24,000 bases of DNA. It comes from Alkalihalobacillus sp. R86527 (GTDB lineage Bacteria > Bacillota > Bacilli > Bacillales > Guptibacillaceae). Shown one piece after another: positions 1-8,771 of this stretch. The first letter of the stretch is position 1, and every line of letters starts with the position of its first letter. A model generated the notes under the pieces. That model did no database searches, had not been told where the DNA came from, and saw nothing but the letters and a program-made list of their open reading frames with translations. The stretch covers positions 1,610,666 through 1,634,665 of the forward strand of contig NZ_JAXHBW010000001.1 of NCBI RefSeq assembly GCF_042466185.1. Direction: 5' to 3'. The position numbers were made by a program, and so were the translations under genes.

Positions 1-32
1 AATGAGTTCTGGATTGTAATCCAAGAGAGAGT

Positions 33-68
33 GAAGCAGGGATTCAAAAAATTCCCTGCTTCTTTATT
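33..68 (+). terminator. Rho-independent terminator of an upstream gene that lies off the window
   Basis: Perfect 10-bp stem: GAAGCAGGGA (33-42) pairs with TCCCTGCTTC (53-62). A T-rich tract (TTTATT) follows. Confidence 0.6.
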
Positions 69-141
69 GTTTCATCATAAATATCAGAGTGGTTTCTAGT
101 AGGTAAGAACGGGGTATATTGTACTAAACGCTCGTAGCGAT

Positions 142-170
142 TTGAATAATTGCTGAAAATTTATTATGAT
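142..170 (+). promoter_or_regulatory. Candidate sigma-A promoter for the BCCT transporter gene
   Basis: TTGAAT (142-147), a 17-nt spacer, then TATGAT (165-170). It lies about 70 nt upstream of the start codon. Found by eye only. Confidence 0.4.
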
Positions 171-239
171 TAGTAACTATGTGGTTAGTATTTACTAGAA
201 AACTTATATAGCTACATAATAAAAAGAGGAGTGGATGGA

Positions 240-1772
240 ATGGATAAAGTAACAAAAGTATTTTGGATAGGCATCGCAATTGCGATCGTCTTCGTCGGAT
301 GGGGCGTGATGATGCCTGGAAATCTCGACCAGGTAATGACCACATCTAAAAGTTTCTTTTTAAATCAATTTGGATGGTTTTATCAGTTAGCAGCAACATT
401 TTTCCTTATTTTTGCAATTTATTTAATATTTAGTAGATTCGGAAATATTAAGTTAGGTAAAGATACAGACAAACCTGAATATAACAGGCTAACTTGGTTC
501 GCAATGTTATTTAGCGCAGGGATGGGAATTGGCCTTTTATTCTTTGGAGTTTCAGAACCAATGTCTCATTTCACTACCCCCCCATTAGGTGGAGAAGGTG
601 GAACAGTTGACGCAGCACACCAATCCTTGAGATATACATATTTACACTGGGGTTTTCATGCGTGGGCAATCTACGCTACTATTGCTCTTGCTCTTGCTTA
701 CTATAAATTTAGAAAAGGGGCACCTGGTCTCATAAGCGCAACGTTGTATCCGTTGCTTGGAGACCGTGTGAAAGGACCAATTGGAATAACAGTGGATGTT
801 ATTGCAGTATTTGCGACAGTCTTCGGTGTTGCAGCATCCCTTGGTCTAGGTGCTCAGCAGATTAATGGTGGCTTAGCTTACCTCACGGATATTCCGAATA
901 ACTTCACTGTTCAGCTGATTATTATTGCGATTATCACTGTCCTTTTCACTGTATCAGCTGGTACAGGAATCAAGAAAGGAATCAAATATTTAAGTAATAC
1001 GAATATGATTTTGGCAGTTCTATTACTTACACTCTTTATTTTCCTTGGACCAACTAAATTTATTTTGGATATATTTGTTACAACATTTGGTGAATATGTA
1101 CAAAATATTTTTGGAATGGGAATGCGACTTGCTCCTATGAATGCAGAAAAAGAATCATGGGTTCAAGGTTGGACGATTTTCTACTGGGCTTGGTGGATTG
1201 CTTGGTCTCCTTTTGTTGGAACATTTATCGCACGAGTTTCTAAAGGTAGAACAATAAGAGAATTTATGATAGCTGTTACAGTCGTACCAACAGTCGTTTG
1301 TGCTTTCTGGTTCGGAGTGTTTGGCGGCTCTGCAATCTTCTTTGATTTCAGTCAAGGCACAGATATTGCAGGACAGGGACTTGAAACAGCATTATTTTAC
1401 TTATATGAACAGGTTCCTCTTGGTGGTGTACTAACGGTTGTGACGCTATTGCTCATCTCGACTTTCTTCATTACATCAGCCGACTCTGCAACTTTCGTGT
1501 TAGGTATGCAAACGACGAATGGTAGCCTGAACCCACCGAACTTTGTTAAGTTTAGTTGGGGCTTTGTATTAGCGGCATCAGCTGTTGTTCTAATGATCAC
1601 GGGTGGTCTACAAAGTATGCAAACGGCCATCATCGTAAGTGCCTTTCCACTAACAATTATACTTCTGTTCACATGTTGGGGAATGATAAAGTCCTTTAGT
1701 GAAGAAGTACCTAGGAAACAACGAGGTGTAGAGCGTAAAACGAAATCACCGAAAGATCCGAAAACTGTTTAA
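240..1772 (+). CDS. opuD: BCCT-family (betaine/carnitine/choline) osmolyte transporter, OpuD-like
   Basis: The BCCT signature segment GWTIFYWAWWIAWSPFVGTFIARVSKGRTIREF is present. The protein is polytopic and about 510 aa, the same size class as B. subtilis OpuD. The ORF track starts at GTG 231, but AGAGGAG (225-231) sits 8 nt before ATG 240, so 240 is preferred. Confidence 0.9.
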   Translation: MDKVTKVFWIGIAIAIVFVGWGVMMPGNLDQVMTTSKSFFLNQFGWFYQLAATFFLIFAIYLIFSRFGNIKLGKDTDKPEYNRLTWFAMLFSAGMGIGLLFFGVSEPMSHFTTPPLGGEGGTVDAAHQSLRYTYLHWGFHAWAIYATIALALAYYKFRKGAPGLISATLYPLLGDRVKGPIGITVDVIAVFATVFGVAASLGLGAQQINGGLAYLTDIPNNFTVQLIIIAIITVLFTVSAGTGIKKGIKYLSNTNMILAVLLLTLFIFLGPTKFILDIFVTTFGEYVQNIFGMGMRLAPMNAEKESWVQGWTIFYWAWWIAWSPFVGTFIARVSKGRTIREFMIAVTVVPTVVCAFWFGVFGGSAIFFDFSQGTDIAGQGLETALFYLYEQVPLGGVLTVVTLLLISTFFITSADSATFVLGMQTTNGSLNPPNFVKFSWGFVLAASAVVLMITGGLQSMQTAIIVSAFPLTIILLFTCWGMIKSFSEEVPRKQRGVERKTKSPKDPKTV

Positions 1773-1781
1773 TTGTTATGT

Positions 1782-1817
1782 AGCCTTTGAAGATCATACT
1801 CTTCAAAGGCTTTTTAT
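1782..1817 (+). terminator. Rho-independent terminator after the BCCT gene
   Basis: AGCCTTTGAAG (1782-1792) pairs with CTTCAAAGGCT (1801-1811) across an 8-nt loop, followed by TTTTT. Confidence 0.8.
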
Positions 1818-1869
1818 TGCAAAAGACGAAAAACAACAATTCGATTTTATAGAAGGGGAGCGTATAGAA

Positions 1870-1923
1870 ATGTGGAACAATCAAGAAAACTTAGCTAAAA
1901 TAGTACTATGGAAAAAATATTAA
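1870..1923 (+). CDS. Possible 17-codon upstream ORF or leader peptide (MWNNQENLAKIVLWKKY) overlapping the start of the FUSC gene
   Basis: GGGGAG (1854-1859) lies 10 nt before ATG 1870. The ORF ends at TAA 1921-1923, 16 nt past the ATG (1908) of the large ORF, which has no recognisable RBS of its own. Confidence 0.3.
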   Translation: MWNNQENLAKIVLWKKY

Positions 1924-4082
1924 CTAGGCATTCGCTTCTCCATTCTATTATTCGTCTAACACCAGCAGATCCAGGAAAGACAAGGTTTCACTTGGCTTTG
2001 AGGATAACGATAAGTGTACTCTCTTCATCTCTTACCATGCTCGTTGTTGCATCTACGCTAGGTGGTTCATTTCCTGCTTCTATATTAGCTGGAGTAGTCA
2101 GCTTGCTGACATTGTTTTTAGTGAATGATGAAACGGAAAAGCAAATGAAAATATCTACATTGATTCTCGTTGCTTCAAGTTCAGTTGCTTTAACAATAAG
2201 TTCATACTTAAGCGCGATTCCATTCGCGATAGAAAGTTTGTTTTTGATTGTCATTTTTCTAGCATATTACTTACAACAATACGGATTCCGTTATTTTGCA
2301 GTGTTCACAGTTTCGTTTTTGTCAATTTACTTTTCGACGTTATTACAATTAACGGTAGACGACCTGCCGTGGTATCTCCTTGGGATTGTAGTAGGTGGAG
2401 GATACTCCTATGTGTACAGGTTTTACATCATCATAAACCGACCGAAAATTGAACTAATCAAAAGCGTTCGCTCGTTTCATACACAAACAAATATGACCCT
2501 TGATCTTATATTAGAGGCGATTGCGAATCCTGCTGCAAGTCATTCTGTAACTTCACACCTACGTAAAGATATAAAAAAAATCAACGCTTATTCTCAAGAG
2601 ATTTCAAGAACGCTAAACAACACAGAACCTAAGGATATATGGCCTGGAATCGATGCGGAGCAATTAAGATTTTATATTTTCGATGCGGAAATGCTAATTC
2701 AGTCGCTTTATTATGTGATCGATCGGTTAAAAGATTTACATGTTCTAGAGCACTCGACGATAAGGGTCCTTTTATACAAAGTTGTAGAATCGATTAGGGA
2801 TGCAGAAGTGCTTCGAACTCACGATGTTGTTGGTAATTTGAAGAAAACTGAATCAGTTATTAGCGAACTTAGTTCGATGATAAAAACGATGCGACGAAAC
2901 CATGAAGTTGATAAAGACTGGCTATGGTTAATTAGAAGGATCGAAGCGATATCAAATCATTTAGTTGAAAGTTCGAGACAGCTAGGGGTGCGAAGAGATA
3001 CTAACCTCGATATGAATGAAGAAATAACAACAGAAATGAGTCAAGAAAAACCAATTAAGGATGATAAAATTGCAACAAACAAGGCGTTTCAAGCAATTGC
3101 AGCTGGGTTCGCTGCGATAGTTGTCGGCTACTTCTTGTCTCCTACTCATCAATACTGGGTCTTGCTATCAACATTTATCGTATTGTTAGGCACGGATACA
3201 GTGGGAATGACGTTCCTAAAAGCAACTGAGAGATCGATTGGAACAATATTCGGTGCAATAGCGGGTTTCGGTGTTGCTCTTACTTTATCAGGACAACCTA
3301 TTATTGAGTTAATCACATTATTTTGCTGTGTTTTCCTTGCGTTTTATTTAATGCCAATCTCATATGGCATCATGATGTTCTGGATGACTATGCTAATTGC
3401 AATCATGTATGATTTCATCATGGGTGGAATAACGAGTGAAATTATACTTTCACGTGTAGTTGATACGTTAGTAGGGGCAGCGATTGGCTCTCTAGCTGCT
3501 GCATTAATTTATCCGAGAAAAACTAAAGAAAAAGTGGCAATAACCGCAAGTGAATTCCTTGAACAATTGAGAATATATGTATCGGATTACATCCAATCTT
3601 ATACAGATTCGAAGTCCCATTTTCAATTTGTTAATAAGGCATTTGTGTTGGATGAGAAATTTCAAAGTGTGCTGGTGGATGCGAAACCTTTGAGAAATAG
3701 GGTGTCTATCGCACAGAAATCAAATATTGAGCAGTGGATTACTGTGATCACAGCTATTAATTACTACGCTAAGCATCTTCTTGCTTCTTCAAATCGAAAT
3801 AGCACCGTTCATTCTGAACCAGAATTGGAAGCAGAACTCAATAAAACCTACCATATCATTAATTACAATATCGAAGCGTTATCTAAAGGATTAAGAGGAA
3901 ATAAGAAAATGATTATGTATAGCTTAGATTCAATTCGTGAGAAAATAGAAAAGATGGATGCCGGTAAACTTAAAGAAAACAGTGAACTCAAAGGACGAAT
4001 TAACGATCTATATTATGTTTGGAAAATCAACGAATCCTTACTATTACTAAGTAAGAGTTTCGGAATACAAGAAGCAAAGTAA
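1908..4082 (+). CDS. FUSC-family (YccS/YhfK-type, fusaric-acid-resistance-like or aromatic acid exporter-like) integral membrane protein
   Basis: 724 aa with two hydrophobic multi-helix blocks separated and followed by long helical soluble regions. The second block (FAAIVVGYFLSPTHQYWVLLSTFIVLLGTDTVGMTFLKATERSIGTIFGAIAGF) is typical of FUSC/ArAE proteins. The start is uncertain because ATG 1908 has no RBS. Confidence 0.7.
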   Translation: MEKILTRHSLLHSIIRLTPADPGKTRFHLALRITISVLSSSLTMLVVASTLGGSFPASILAGVVSLLTLFLVNDETEKQMKISTLILVASSSVALTISSYLSAIPFAIESLFLIVIFLAYYLQQYGFRYFAVFTVSFLSIYFSTLLQLTVDDLPWYLLGIVVGGGYSYVYRFYIIINRPKIELIKSVRSFHTQTNMTLDLILEAIANPAASHSVTSHLRKDIKKINAYSQEISRTLNNTEPKDIWPGIDAEQLRFYIFDAEMLIQSLYYVIDRLKDLHVLEHSTIRVLLYKVVESIRDAEVLRTHDVVGNLKKTESVISELSSMIKTMRRNHEVDKDWLWLIRRIEAISNHLVESSRQLGVRRDTNLDMNEEITTEMSQEKPIKDDKIATNKAFQAIAAGFAAIVVGYFLSPTHQYWVLLSTFIVLLGTDTVGMTFLKATERSIGTIFGAIAGFGVALTLSGQPIIELITLFCCVFLAFYLMPISYGIMMFWMTMLIAIMYDFIMGGITSEIILSRVVDTLVGAAIGSLAAALIYPRKTKEKVAITASEFLEQLRIYVSDYIQSYTDSKSHFQFVNKAFVLDEKFQSVLVDAKPLRNRVSIAQKSNIEQWITVITAINYYAKHLLASSNRNSTVHSEPELEAELNKTYHIINYNIEALSKGLRGNKKMIMYSLDSIREKIEKMDAGKLKENSELKGRINDLYYVWKINESLLLLSKSFGIQEAK

Positions 4083-4083
4083 A

Positions 4084-4113
4084 ATGTAACCAGGTCCCCC
4101 TGGTTACATTTTT
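4084..4113. terminator. Bidirectional rho-independent terminator shared by the convergent FUSC gene and oxidase operon
   Basis: ATGTAACCAGG (4084-4094) pairs with CCTGGTTACAT (4099-4109) across a 4-nt loop. A/T runs flank both sides. The 3' arm overlaps the last codons and the stop of the minus-strand subunit IV gene. Confidence 0.75.
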
Positions 4114-4391
4114 AATAGTGCTAGAAAAAAGATAGCGAGAAGGGCGATGAAGCCCCCGCCAACAACAGAAGTAATCCGATACCTGCCTTCTCTTTCCTTA
4201 ATATCCATGAACAAGACCATCTGGATGAGCACTTGAATCACTGCAAAGAAAAGAAGTAGATAAGGGAGAACTTTGTTTGAAATCCAATCACTGTTCACAA
4301 GATAGAAAGCAATAATAGTCAATACGATCATCGTGACGAACATAACAGAAAGTTTAGTAAGGTGATCGTTCTCTTTCTTCATGCGACTCAC
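4104..4391 (-). CDS. Heme-copper terminal oxidase subunit IV (QoxD/CtaF-like small membrane subunit)
   Basis: A 92-95 aa protein with three hydrophobic helices, placed last in the II-I-III-IV operon. GTG 4391 overlaps the stop of subunit III (GTGA). ATG 4382 is preceded by GGAAAGGTG and may be the real start. Confidence 0.75.
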   Translation of the reverse strand: MSRMKKENDHLTKLSVMFVTMIVLTIIAFYLVNSDWISNKVLPYLLLFFAVIQVLIQMVLFMDIKEREGRYRITSVVGGGFIALLAIFFLALLKM

Positions 4392-4981
4392 ACCTTTCCA
4401 AGTAGGTAGACTACTGTAAAGATAAAGACCCAGACGACATCTATAAAGTGCCAGTATAAGCTTGCGATAAATAGTTTTGGTGCGGTGTCTTTAGTGATGC
4501 CATGAAGCACTAGTTGAATGAGAAGCATTGATATCCATACGATTCCAAAGACCACATGAGCCCCATGGGTGCCAAGAAGCATGTAAAATGCACCAAGAAA
4601 TGCACTGCTACTAATGGTTGCACCTTCCCCCACATACGCCATGAATTCAATGGCTTCTAGGACCACAAACCCAATCCCCAAACTGATTGTAAGAAGGAAC
4701 CATATCAGAGTCATACGTTTTTTTTCGTGTTTTAATGTAAATACACCCAATGCGCATGTAAAGCTACTAGACAGTAATACAATTGTACTTATAATGATTT
4801 CTGAAAGGTTGAAAAGTTCTTTAGCTCCTGGACCATTAGTAGTTAACTCCTGAACAGATACATAAATACCAAATAAACATCCAAATACCACTACCTCAGC
4901 ACCAATCAGGAACCAAAAAGCAAGGATATTCATTTGGGCATGTGGATTACTAAATAAGTTTTTTTCAGTAAGAGCTGGCAT
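4388..4981 (-). CDS. Heme-copper terminal oxidase subunit III (QoxC/CtaE family)
   Basis: 197 aa with five predicted helices. The C-terminal segment YWHFIDVVWVFIFTVVYL is typical of subunit III. The start overlaps the subunit I stop (TAATG). Confidence 0.85.
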   Translation of the reverse strand: MPALTEKNLFSNPHAQMNILAFWFLIGAEVVVFGCLFGIYVSVQELTTNGPGAKELFNLSEIIISTIVLLSSSFTCALGVFTLKHEKKRMTLIWFLLTISLGIGFVVLEAIEFMAYVGEGATISSSAFLGAFYMLLGTHGAHVVFGIVWISMLLIQLVLHGITKDTAPKLFIASLYWHFIDVVWVFIFTVVYLLGKV

Positions 4982-6930
4982 TAATAATCCACTCCCTTAT
5001 CGTTATAGATAACTTTCTCTTTCGATATAGAGTAGCCGTTCTTATTTTGGAAAGACCGAATGGCCAAAGTAGTGAAAACGCCAATCATACCGAGAATAGC
5101 AATGGACCAGACCTCGAAAACAAAACCAAAGGAAGCAATTAGAAATGCCATCCCCATAATAAAGGGCAATGAACTAGAGGAAGGCATATGGATGTCTTCA
5201 TAACCACCTTCAAAATCGATGTTTTCCTTTCTATTTTCATAAGCATTCCATAATGGCTCACTGGATGTAACGACGGGAGTCCGGGCAAAATTATATGGGG
5301 GTGGGGGACTTGGAATTGTCCATTCTAACGTTCGTCCTCTCTTCTTCCATGGATCGTTGAGATCAACTGTTTTTCCATGGCGAGTAGTGATATAGATGTT
5401 CACAATAAAAATAAGTACGCCTATCCCCATCAAAAAAGCGCCACATGTACTAACGAAATTCAGCCATCCAAGTCCTTCTCCTTCTGGATATGTAAAGACT
5501 CTTCTTGGCATTCCCATCAATCCCATTATGTGCATCGGAAAGAAAGTGAAATGAAATCCGATTACGAACGTCCAGAAGTTCCACTTTCCAAGCTTCTCGT
5601 TTAACATTTTACCGAACATCTTTGGCCACCAATAATAAACGCCTGAAAGGACCCCGAAGATCGTTGCGCCAATAATGACATAGTGAAGGTGAGCTACAAC
5701 AAAATAACTATCATGGTATTGATAATCAGCTGGTACTGATCCAAGCATCACCCCTGTAACACCACCCATAACGAACGTTACGATGAAACCAAGGGCGTAA
5801 AGCATAGGGGTGTCAAATCGAATTCTTCCTCCGCGCATCGTAAATAACCAGTTAAAGATTTTTATGCCGGTAGGGATTGCAATCAACATGGTGGTCAAGG
5901 CAAAGAAAACGTTGATATTCGCATTGAGACCAACTGTAAACATGTGATGCACCCATACCATAAATCCTAAGAATCCAATTAAAATAATTGCAAATACCAT
6001 TGATGTATAGCCAAATAGCTTCTTTTTTGAAAAAGTACTTATAACATCAGAGAAGATTCCGAAAGCAGGTAGCGCAATGATATACACTTCAGGGTGACCA
6101 AAAATCCAGAATAGATGTTGCCATATCAATGGGTTCCCTGCCGAACTAGATAAAATGACTGTTCCAAAGAGGCGTTCAAACGTTAAGAGTAGCAACGCTA
6201 CCGCAAGAGCGGAAAAGGCATAAACGATGAGAACTGATGTAATGAGCATCGACCAGGTAGATAGAGGCATTCTCATAAACTTCATACCTGGAGCCCTCAT
6301 TTTTAATATCGTAACGATAAAATTGATCGCTCCCATAATGGTCCCAAGACCTGCAACTTGTAGGCCAATCGGATAATAGCTGTTGGAAGGACCAGGAGTA
6401 AACTCCTTCAGTGAAAGTGGGGCGTATGTAGTCCATCCAGCATTCGGAGAACCTCCTGCTATGAAGCTTACGTTAATTAAGATTCCACCTGAAATGAATA
6501 GCCAAAGGCTTAAAGAATTCATGAAAGGAAAAGCAACGTCTCTAGCCCCGATTTGTAGCGGAACGATCACATTCATCAATCCGATTAGAAGCGGTGTAGC
6601 CACAAGAAAAATCATAACCGTACCATGCGTACTTGTTAGTTGATTGAACCGTTCACTCTGAAACACCCAGAACTCATTTTCGGGGAAAGCAAGTTGCATC
6701 CTGATTAAAAGAGCTTCTAGTCCTGCTCTAAGGAAAAACAAGAATGAGACAAACAAATACATGATTCCAATCTTCTTATGATCAGTTGAAGTAATCCAAT
6801 TCCAGAGCCAATCCCACTTATTATATTTTGTAAGTAAGGTGATGGATGCAATCATAATGATCACAAACGATATGTCAGCTAAAATAATATCAGAAGGTAA
6901 TGTACTAAAATAATGAAAGATGCTATTCAT
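4981..6930 (-). CDS. A-family heme-copper oxidase subunit I (QoxB/CtaD family)
   Basis: 649 aa. Contains the GHPEVY motif (CuB His and cross-linked Tyr), VWVHHMFTVG (CuB His pair) and VVAHLHYVIIG (heme ligands). The length equals what I recall for B. subtilis QoxB. The ATG overlaps the stop of subunit II (ATGA). Confidence 0.92.
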   Translation of the reverse strand: MNSIFHYFSTLPSDIILADISFVIIMIASITLLTKYNKWDWLWNWITSTDHKKIGIMYLFVSFLFFLRAGLEALLIRMQLAFPENEFWVFQSERFNQLTSTHGTVMIFLVATPLLIGLMNVIVPLQIGARDVAFPFMNSLSLWLFISGGILINVSFIAGGSPNAGWTTYAPLSLKEFTPGPSNSYYPIGLQVAGLGTIMGAINFIVTILKMRAPGMKFMRMPLSTWSMLITSVLIVYAFSALAVALLLLTFERLFGTVILSSSAGNPLIWQHLFWIFGHPEVYIIALPAFGIFSDVISTFSKKKLFGYTSMVFAIILIGFLGFMVWVHHMFTVGLNANINVFFALTTMLIAIPTGIKIFNWLFTMRGGRIRFDTPMLYALGFIVTFVMGGVTGVMLGSVPADYQYHDSYFVVAHLHYVIIGATIFGVLSGVYYWWPKMFGKMLNEKLGKWNFWTFVIGFHFTFFPMHIMGLMGMPRRVFTYPEGEGLGWLNFVSTCGAFLMGIGVLIFIVNIYITTRHGKTVDLNDPWKKRGRTLEWTIPSPPPPYNFARTPVVTSSEPLWNAYENRKENIDFEGGYEDIHMPSSSSLPFIMGMAFLIASFGFVFEVWSIAILGMIGVFTTLAIRSFQNKNGYSISKEKVIYNDKGVDY

Positions 6931-7637
6931 CCGTTTTTCTCACCGTCCTTGGTTTTCTCTATCCATGAGCTGAAGTTGGTTCTGTCTTCGACAACCGTGT
7001 CAAACGTCATCAATGCGTGCTTCGCTCCACATAGTTCAGCACACTTCCCGTCATATGTACCTGTTTCAAGGGCAGTGAGCCGTAATGTGTTTTCCTTGCC
7101 AGGAAGAGCATCCTTTTTCCCTCCGAGTTGTGGAATCCAAAATGAGTGAATAACATCCTTTGATGATAGCTTGAACGTAATGGGCCTATCTACAGGAAGT
7201 CGTAATTCATCAGTAGAAGTAATGCCGTATTCAGGGTAGTAAAATGACCATTGAAACTGTTCCCCAGTCACTTCAATTATCAAGGGCTCTTTGGTGTTGT
7301 TATAGGGCACATCAAGCTGATAGGTAGTTGCGAAAGTAGGAACAGCAAGAACGATGATAATAATAAACGGAATGACGATCCAGCTAATTTCAAGCTTTTT
7401 ATTACCGGCAGTCTGATCTGGAAAATCATCTTCTTCACCTGGTTTTTCACGGTATTTTATTAGAAATCTCACAAAAAGCGTGAAAACGACCACAAGTACG
7501 ATACTCATCAACAAAAGACTTAACAGGAGAAGGTCCAATTGCTTTTCGCCCGCTGTCCCTTTTGGATTTAAAACCGCGATTGAAGAACAACCTGATAGAA
7601 AGAAAGCGATAACAACAGTGGTTAGTACTCGTTTCAT
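6927..7637 (-). CDS. Heme-copper oxidase subunit II lipoprotein with an intact CuA site and no cytochrome c domain
   Basis: Preferred start is Met32 of the tracked ORF, giving MKRVLTTVVIAFFLSGCSS with a lipobox (LSGC). The upstream 31 codons overlap the LysE terminator. CuA pattern: H(SFWIP)-x34-CAELCGAKHALM, i.e. H-x34-C-x-E-x-C-x3-H-x2-M. No CxxCH motif is present. Confidence 0.85.
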   Translation of the reverse strand: MKRVLTTVVIAFFLSGCSSIAVLNPKGTAGEKQLDLLLLSLLLMSIVLVVVFTLFVRFLIKYREKPGEEDDFPDQTAGNKKLEISWIVIPFIIIIVLAVPTFATTYQLDVPYNNTKEPLIIEVTGEQFQWSFYYPEYGITSTDELRLPVDRPITFKLSSKDVIHSFWIPQLGGKKDALPGKENTLRLTALETGTYDGKCAELCGAKHALMTFDTVVEDRTNFSSWIEKTKDGEKNG

Positions 7638-7714
7638 GAAGACTCTGCTCTCCTCTCTATATAGAAGACTAACAATTTCCATTACCCAATACCCATTTAT
7701 TTGAAACAGTGCGT

Positions 7715-7753
7715 AAACAAAAAGCCACACGAAGAAATAAGTTCGTGTAGCTT
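7715..7753 (-). terminator. Rho-independent terminator after the LysE-family gene, separating it from the oxidase operon
   Basis: On the minus strand, AAGCTACACGAA pairs with TTCGTGTGGCTT (one G-U pair) across an 8-nt loop, followed by TTTGTTT. Confidence 0.65.
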
Positions 7754-7787
7754 TGATTCTTAATGCACTGATTTTCGATACAAATTG

Positions 7788-8411
7788 TTACTTGCTACTA
7801 AAGGCAATTTGGATACCGATTATTCCTATTAAAACGCCTTTGACCATGTTTATTTTTCCAACAATCGCTGAATTTTTTAGGAGAAGACCTTTGATGCTAC
7901 TAGCGAACAGACTTATCGCTGTGAATATAAGGAAAGCTTGAATGATAAATATTACCCCTAATGTGACCATCTGCAGTGAAGCGTATCCTACATGTTGATT
8001 TACAAACTGAGGTAGTAGAGCTAGAAAAAATAAGGACACTTTAGGGTTGAGTATATTCATGATAATGCCTTTTCGATAGAGTGCAATATAAGGTTGGTTG
8101 TGTTGGTTTTTCACTAGCGTAGATTGCTTTCTTTCACGAAATGCTTGAAAAGCAAGATAAAGTAAATACGCTGCACCTAAATATTTCACGATTGAAAAAG
8201 CAAGTGATGATTGATATAGGAGTGCTGAAATTCCAACAGCTGCTGCAGTGATATGTACAACTAGCCCTGAACATAAGCCTAGAGAAGTGGCTATTCCAGC
8301 ACGTTTATCCTGAGATATACTTTGAGCAAGGACGAAAAGGTTGTCTGGTCCTGGCATAATCGTTAAAACAACTGCAGCAAACAGAAACGATACTATTACT
8401 GATATGTCCAT
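7788..8411 (-). CDS. LysE/RhtB-family amino-acid exporter
   Basis: 207 aa with six hydrophobic segments. The N-terminal segment TIMPGPDNLFVLAQS is typical of the LysE/RhtB family. An AAAGGAAAG RBS precedes the ATG. Confidence 0.8.
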   Translation of the reverse strand: MDISVIVSFLFAAVVLTIMPGPDNLFVLAQSISQDKRAGIATSLGLCSGLVVHITAAAVGISALLYQSSLAFSIVKYLGAAYLLYLAFQAFRERKQSTLVKNQHNQPYIALYRKGIIMNILNPKVSLFFLALLPQFVNQHVGYASLQMVTLGVIFIIQAFLIFTAISLFASSIKGLLLKNSAIVGKINMVKGVLIGIIGIQIAFSSK

Positions 8412-8559
8412 TACATTCTTTCCTTTCTGTTATGGTATTGTTTAAGTATATAAGAGAAAAGTTCTTTCCAAAAGGAGATTCAGGGGAGAGATTTAAATTT
8501 ATAAAGACCTTTTCAAAGTTGCAGCACCATCTTTAAAAGCAGTAGAATGTAAGTCTTAG

Positions 8560-8724
8560 CATGATCAATGGTCGCTTGAAGAGTTGTTAGGCCATTATTA
8601 TTCAACTTCATATGGATTGAAGAGGTATTTAGAAGACAATGTTGATGAATTTGAAGGTGGTATATGGCATGAGTTGTTGAGTCAACATTCAGATGGTCTA
8701 TTTAAGGAAGAGATAAAAGTGTAA
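8560..8724 (+). pseudogene. Possible 3' remnant of a decayed gene whose C-terminus resembles class I SAM-dependent methyltransferases
   Basis: An open frame with no start codon, beginning right after TAG 8557-8559. It reads HDQWSLEELLGHYYSTSYGLKRYLEDNVDEFEGGIWHELLSQHSDGLFKEEIKV*. It sits in a 390-bp gap that otherwise appears non-coding. The family resemblance is from memory only. Confidence 0.3.
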
Positions 8725-8741
8725 GTACCACTTGGCTATAA

Positions 8742-8771
8742 ATGACAAACCATTTCGTTTAGTGATATAAT
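8742..8771 (+). promoter_or_regulatory. Candidate sigma-A promoter with an extended -10 for the first GNAT gene
   Basis: ATGACA (8742-8747), an 18-nt spacer, TG at 8763-8764, then TATAAT (8766-8771). It lies about 30 nt upstream of the GGAGG RBS. Confidence 0.5.

Noticed and set aside
124-345. 73-aa minus-strand ORF spanning the promoter, RBS and first codons of the BCCT gene
   Set aside because: It runs antisense to a confidently called gene start and promoter. It has no RBS and is low-complexity and Arg-rich (RRRRS). It looks like a shadow ORF.
7638-7730. 31-codon N-terminal extension of the oxidase subunit II ORF (MWLFVYALFQINGYW...)
   Set aside because: The extension runs through the LysE terminator hairpin (7715-7753). 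Met32 begins a textbook lipoprotein signal peptide with a lipobox and has an upstream GAGGA.
1155-7941. Many 60-90 aa ORFs antisense to or out of frame with the BCCT, FUSC, oxidase and LysE genes (for example 1155-1355, 1397-1672, 1988-2254, 4614-4853, 5377-5604, 6176-6436, 6383-6643, 6913-7149, 7251-7463, 7480-7704, 7753-7941)
   Set aside because: Each lies entirely inside a longer ORF with clear family motifs. None has a convincing RBS or a recognisable sequence. These are typical shadow frames.
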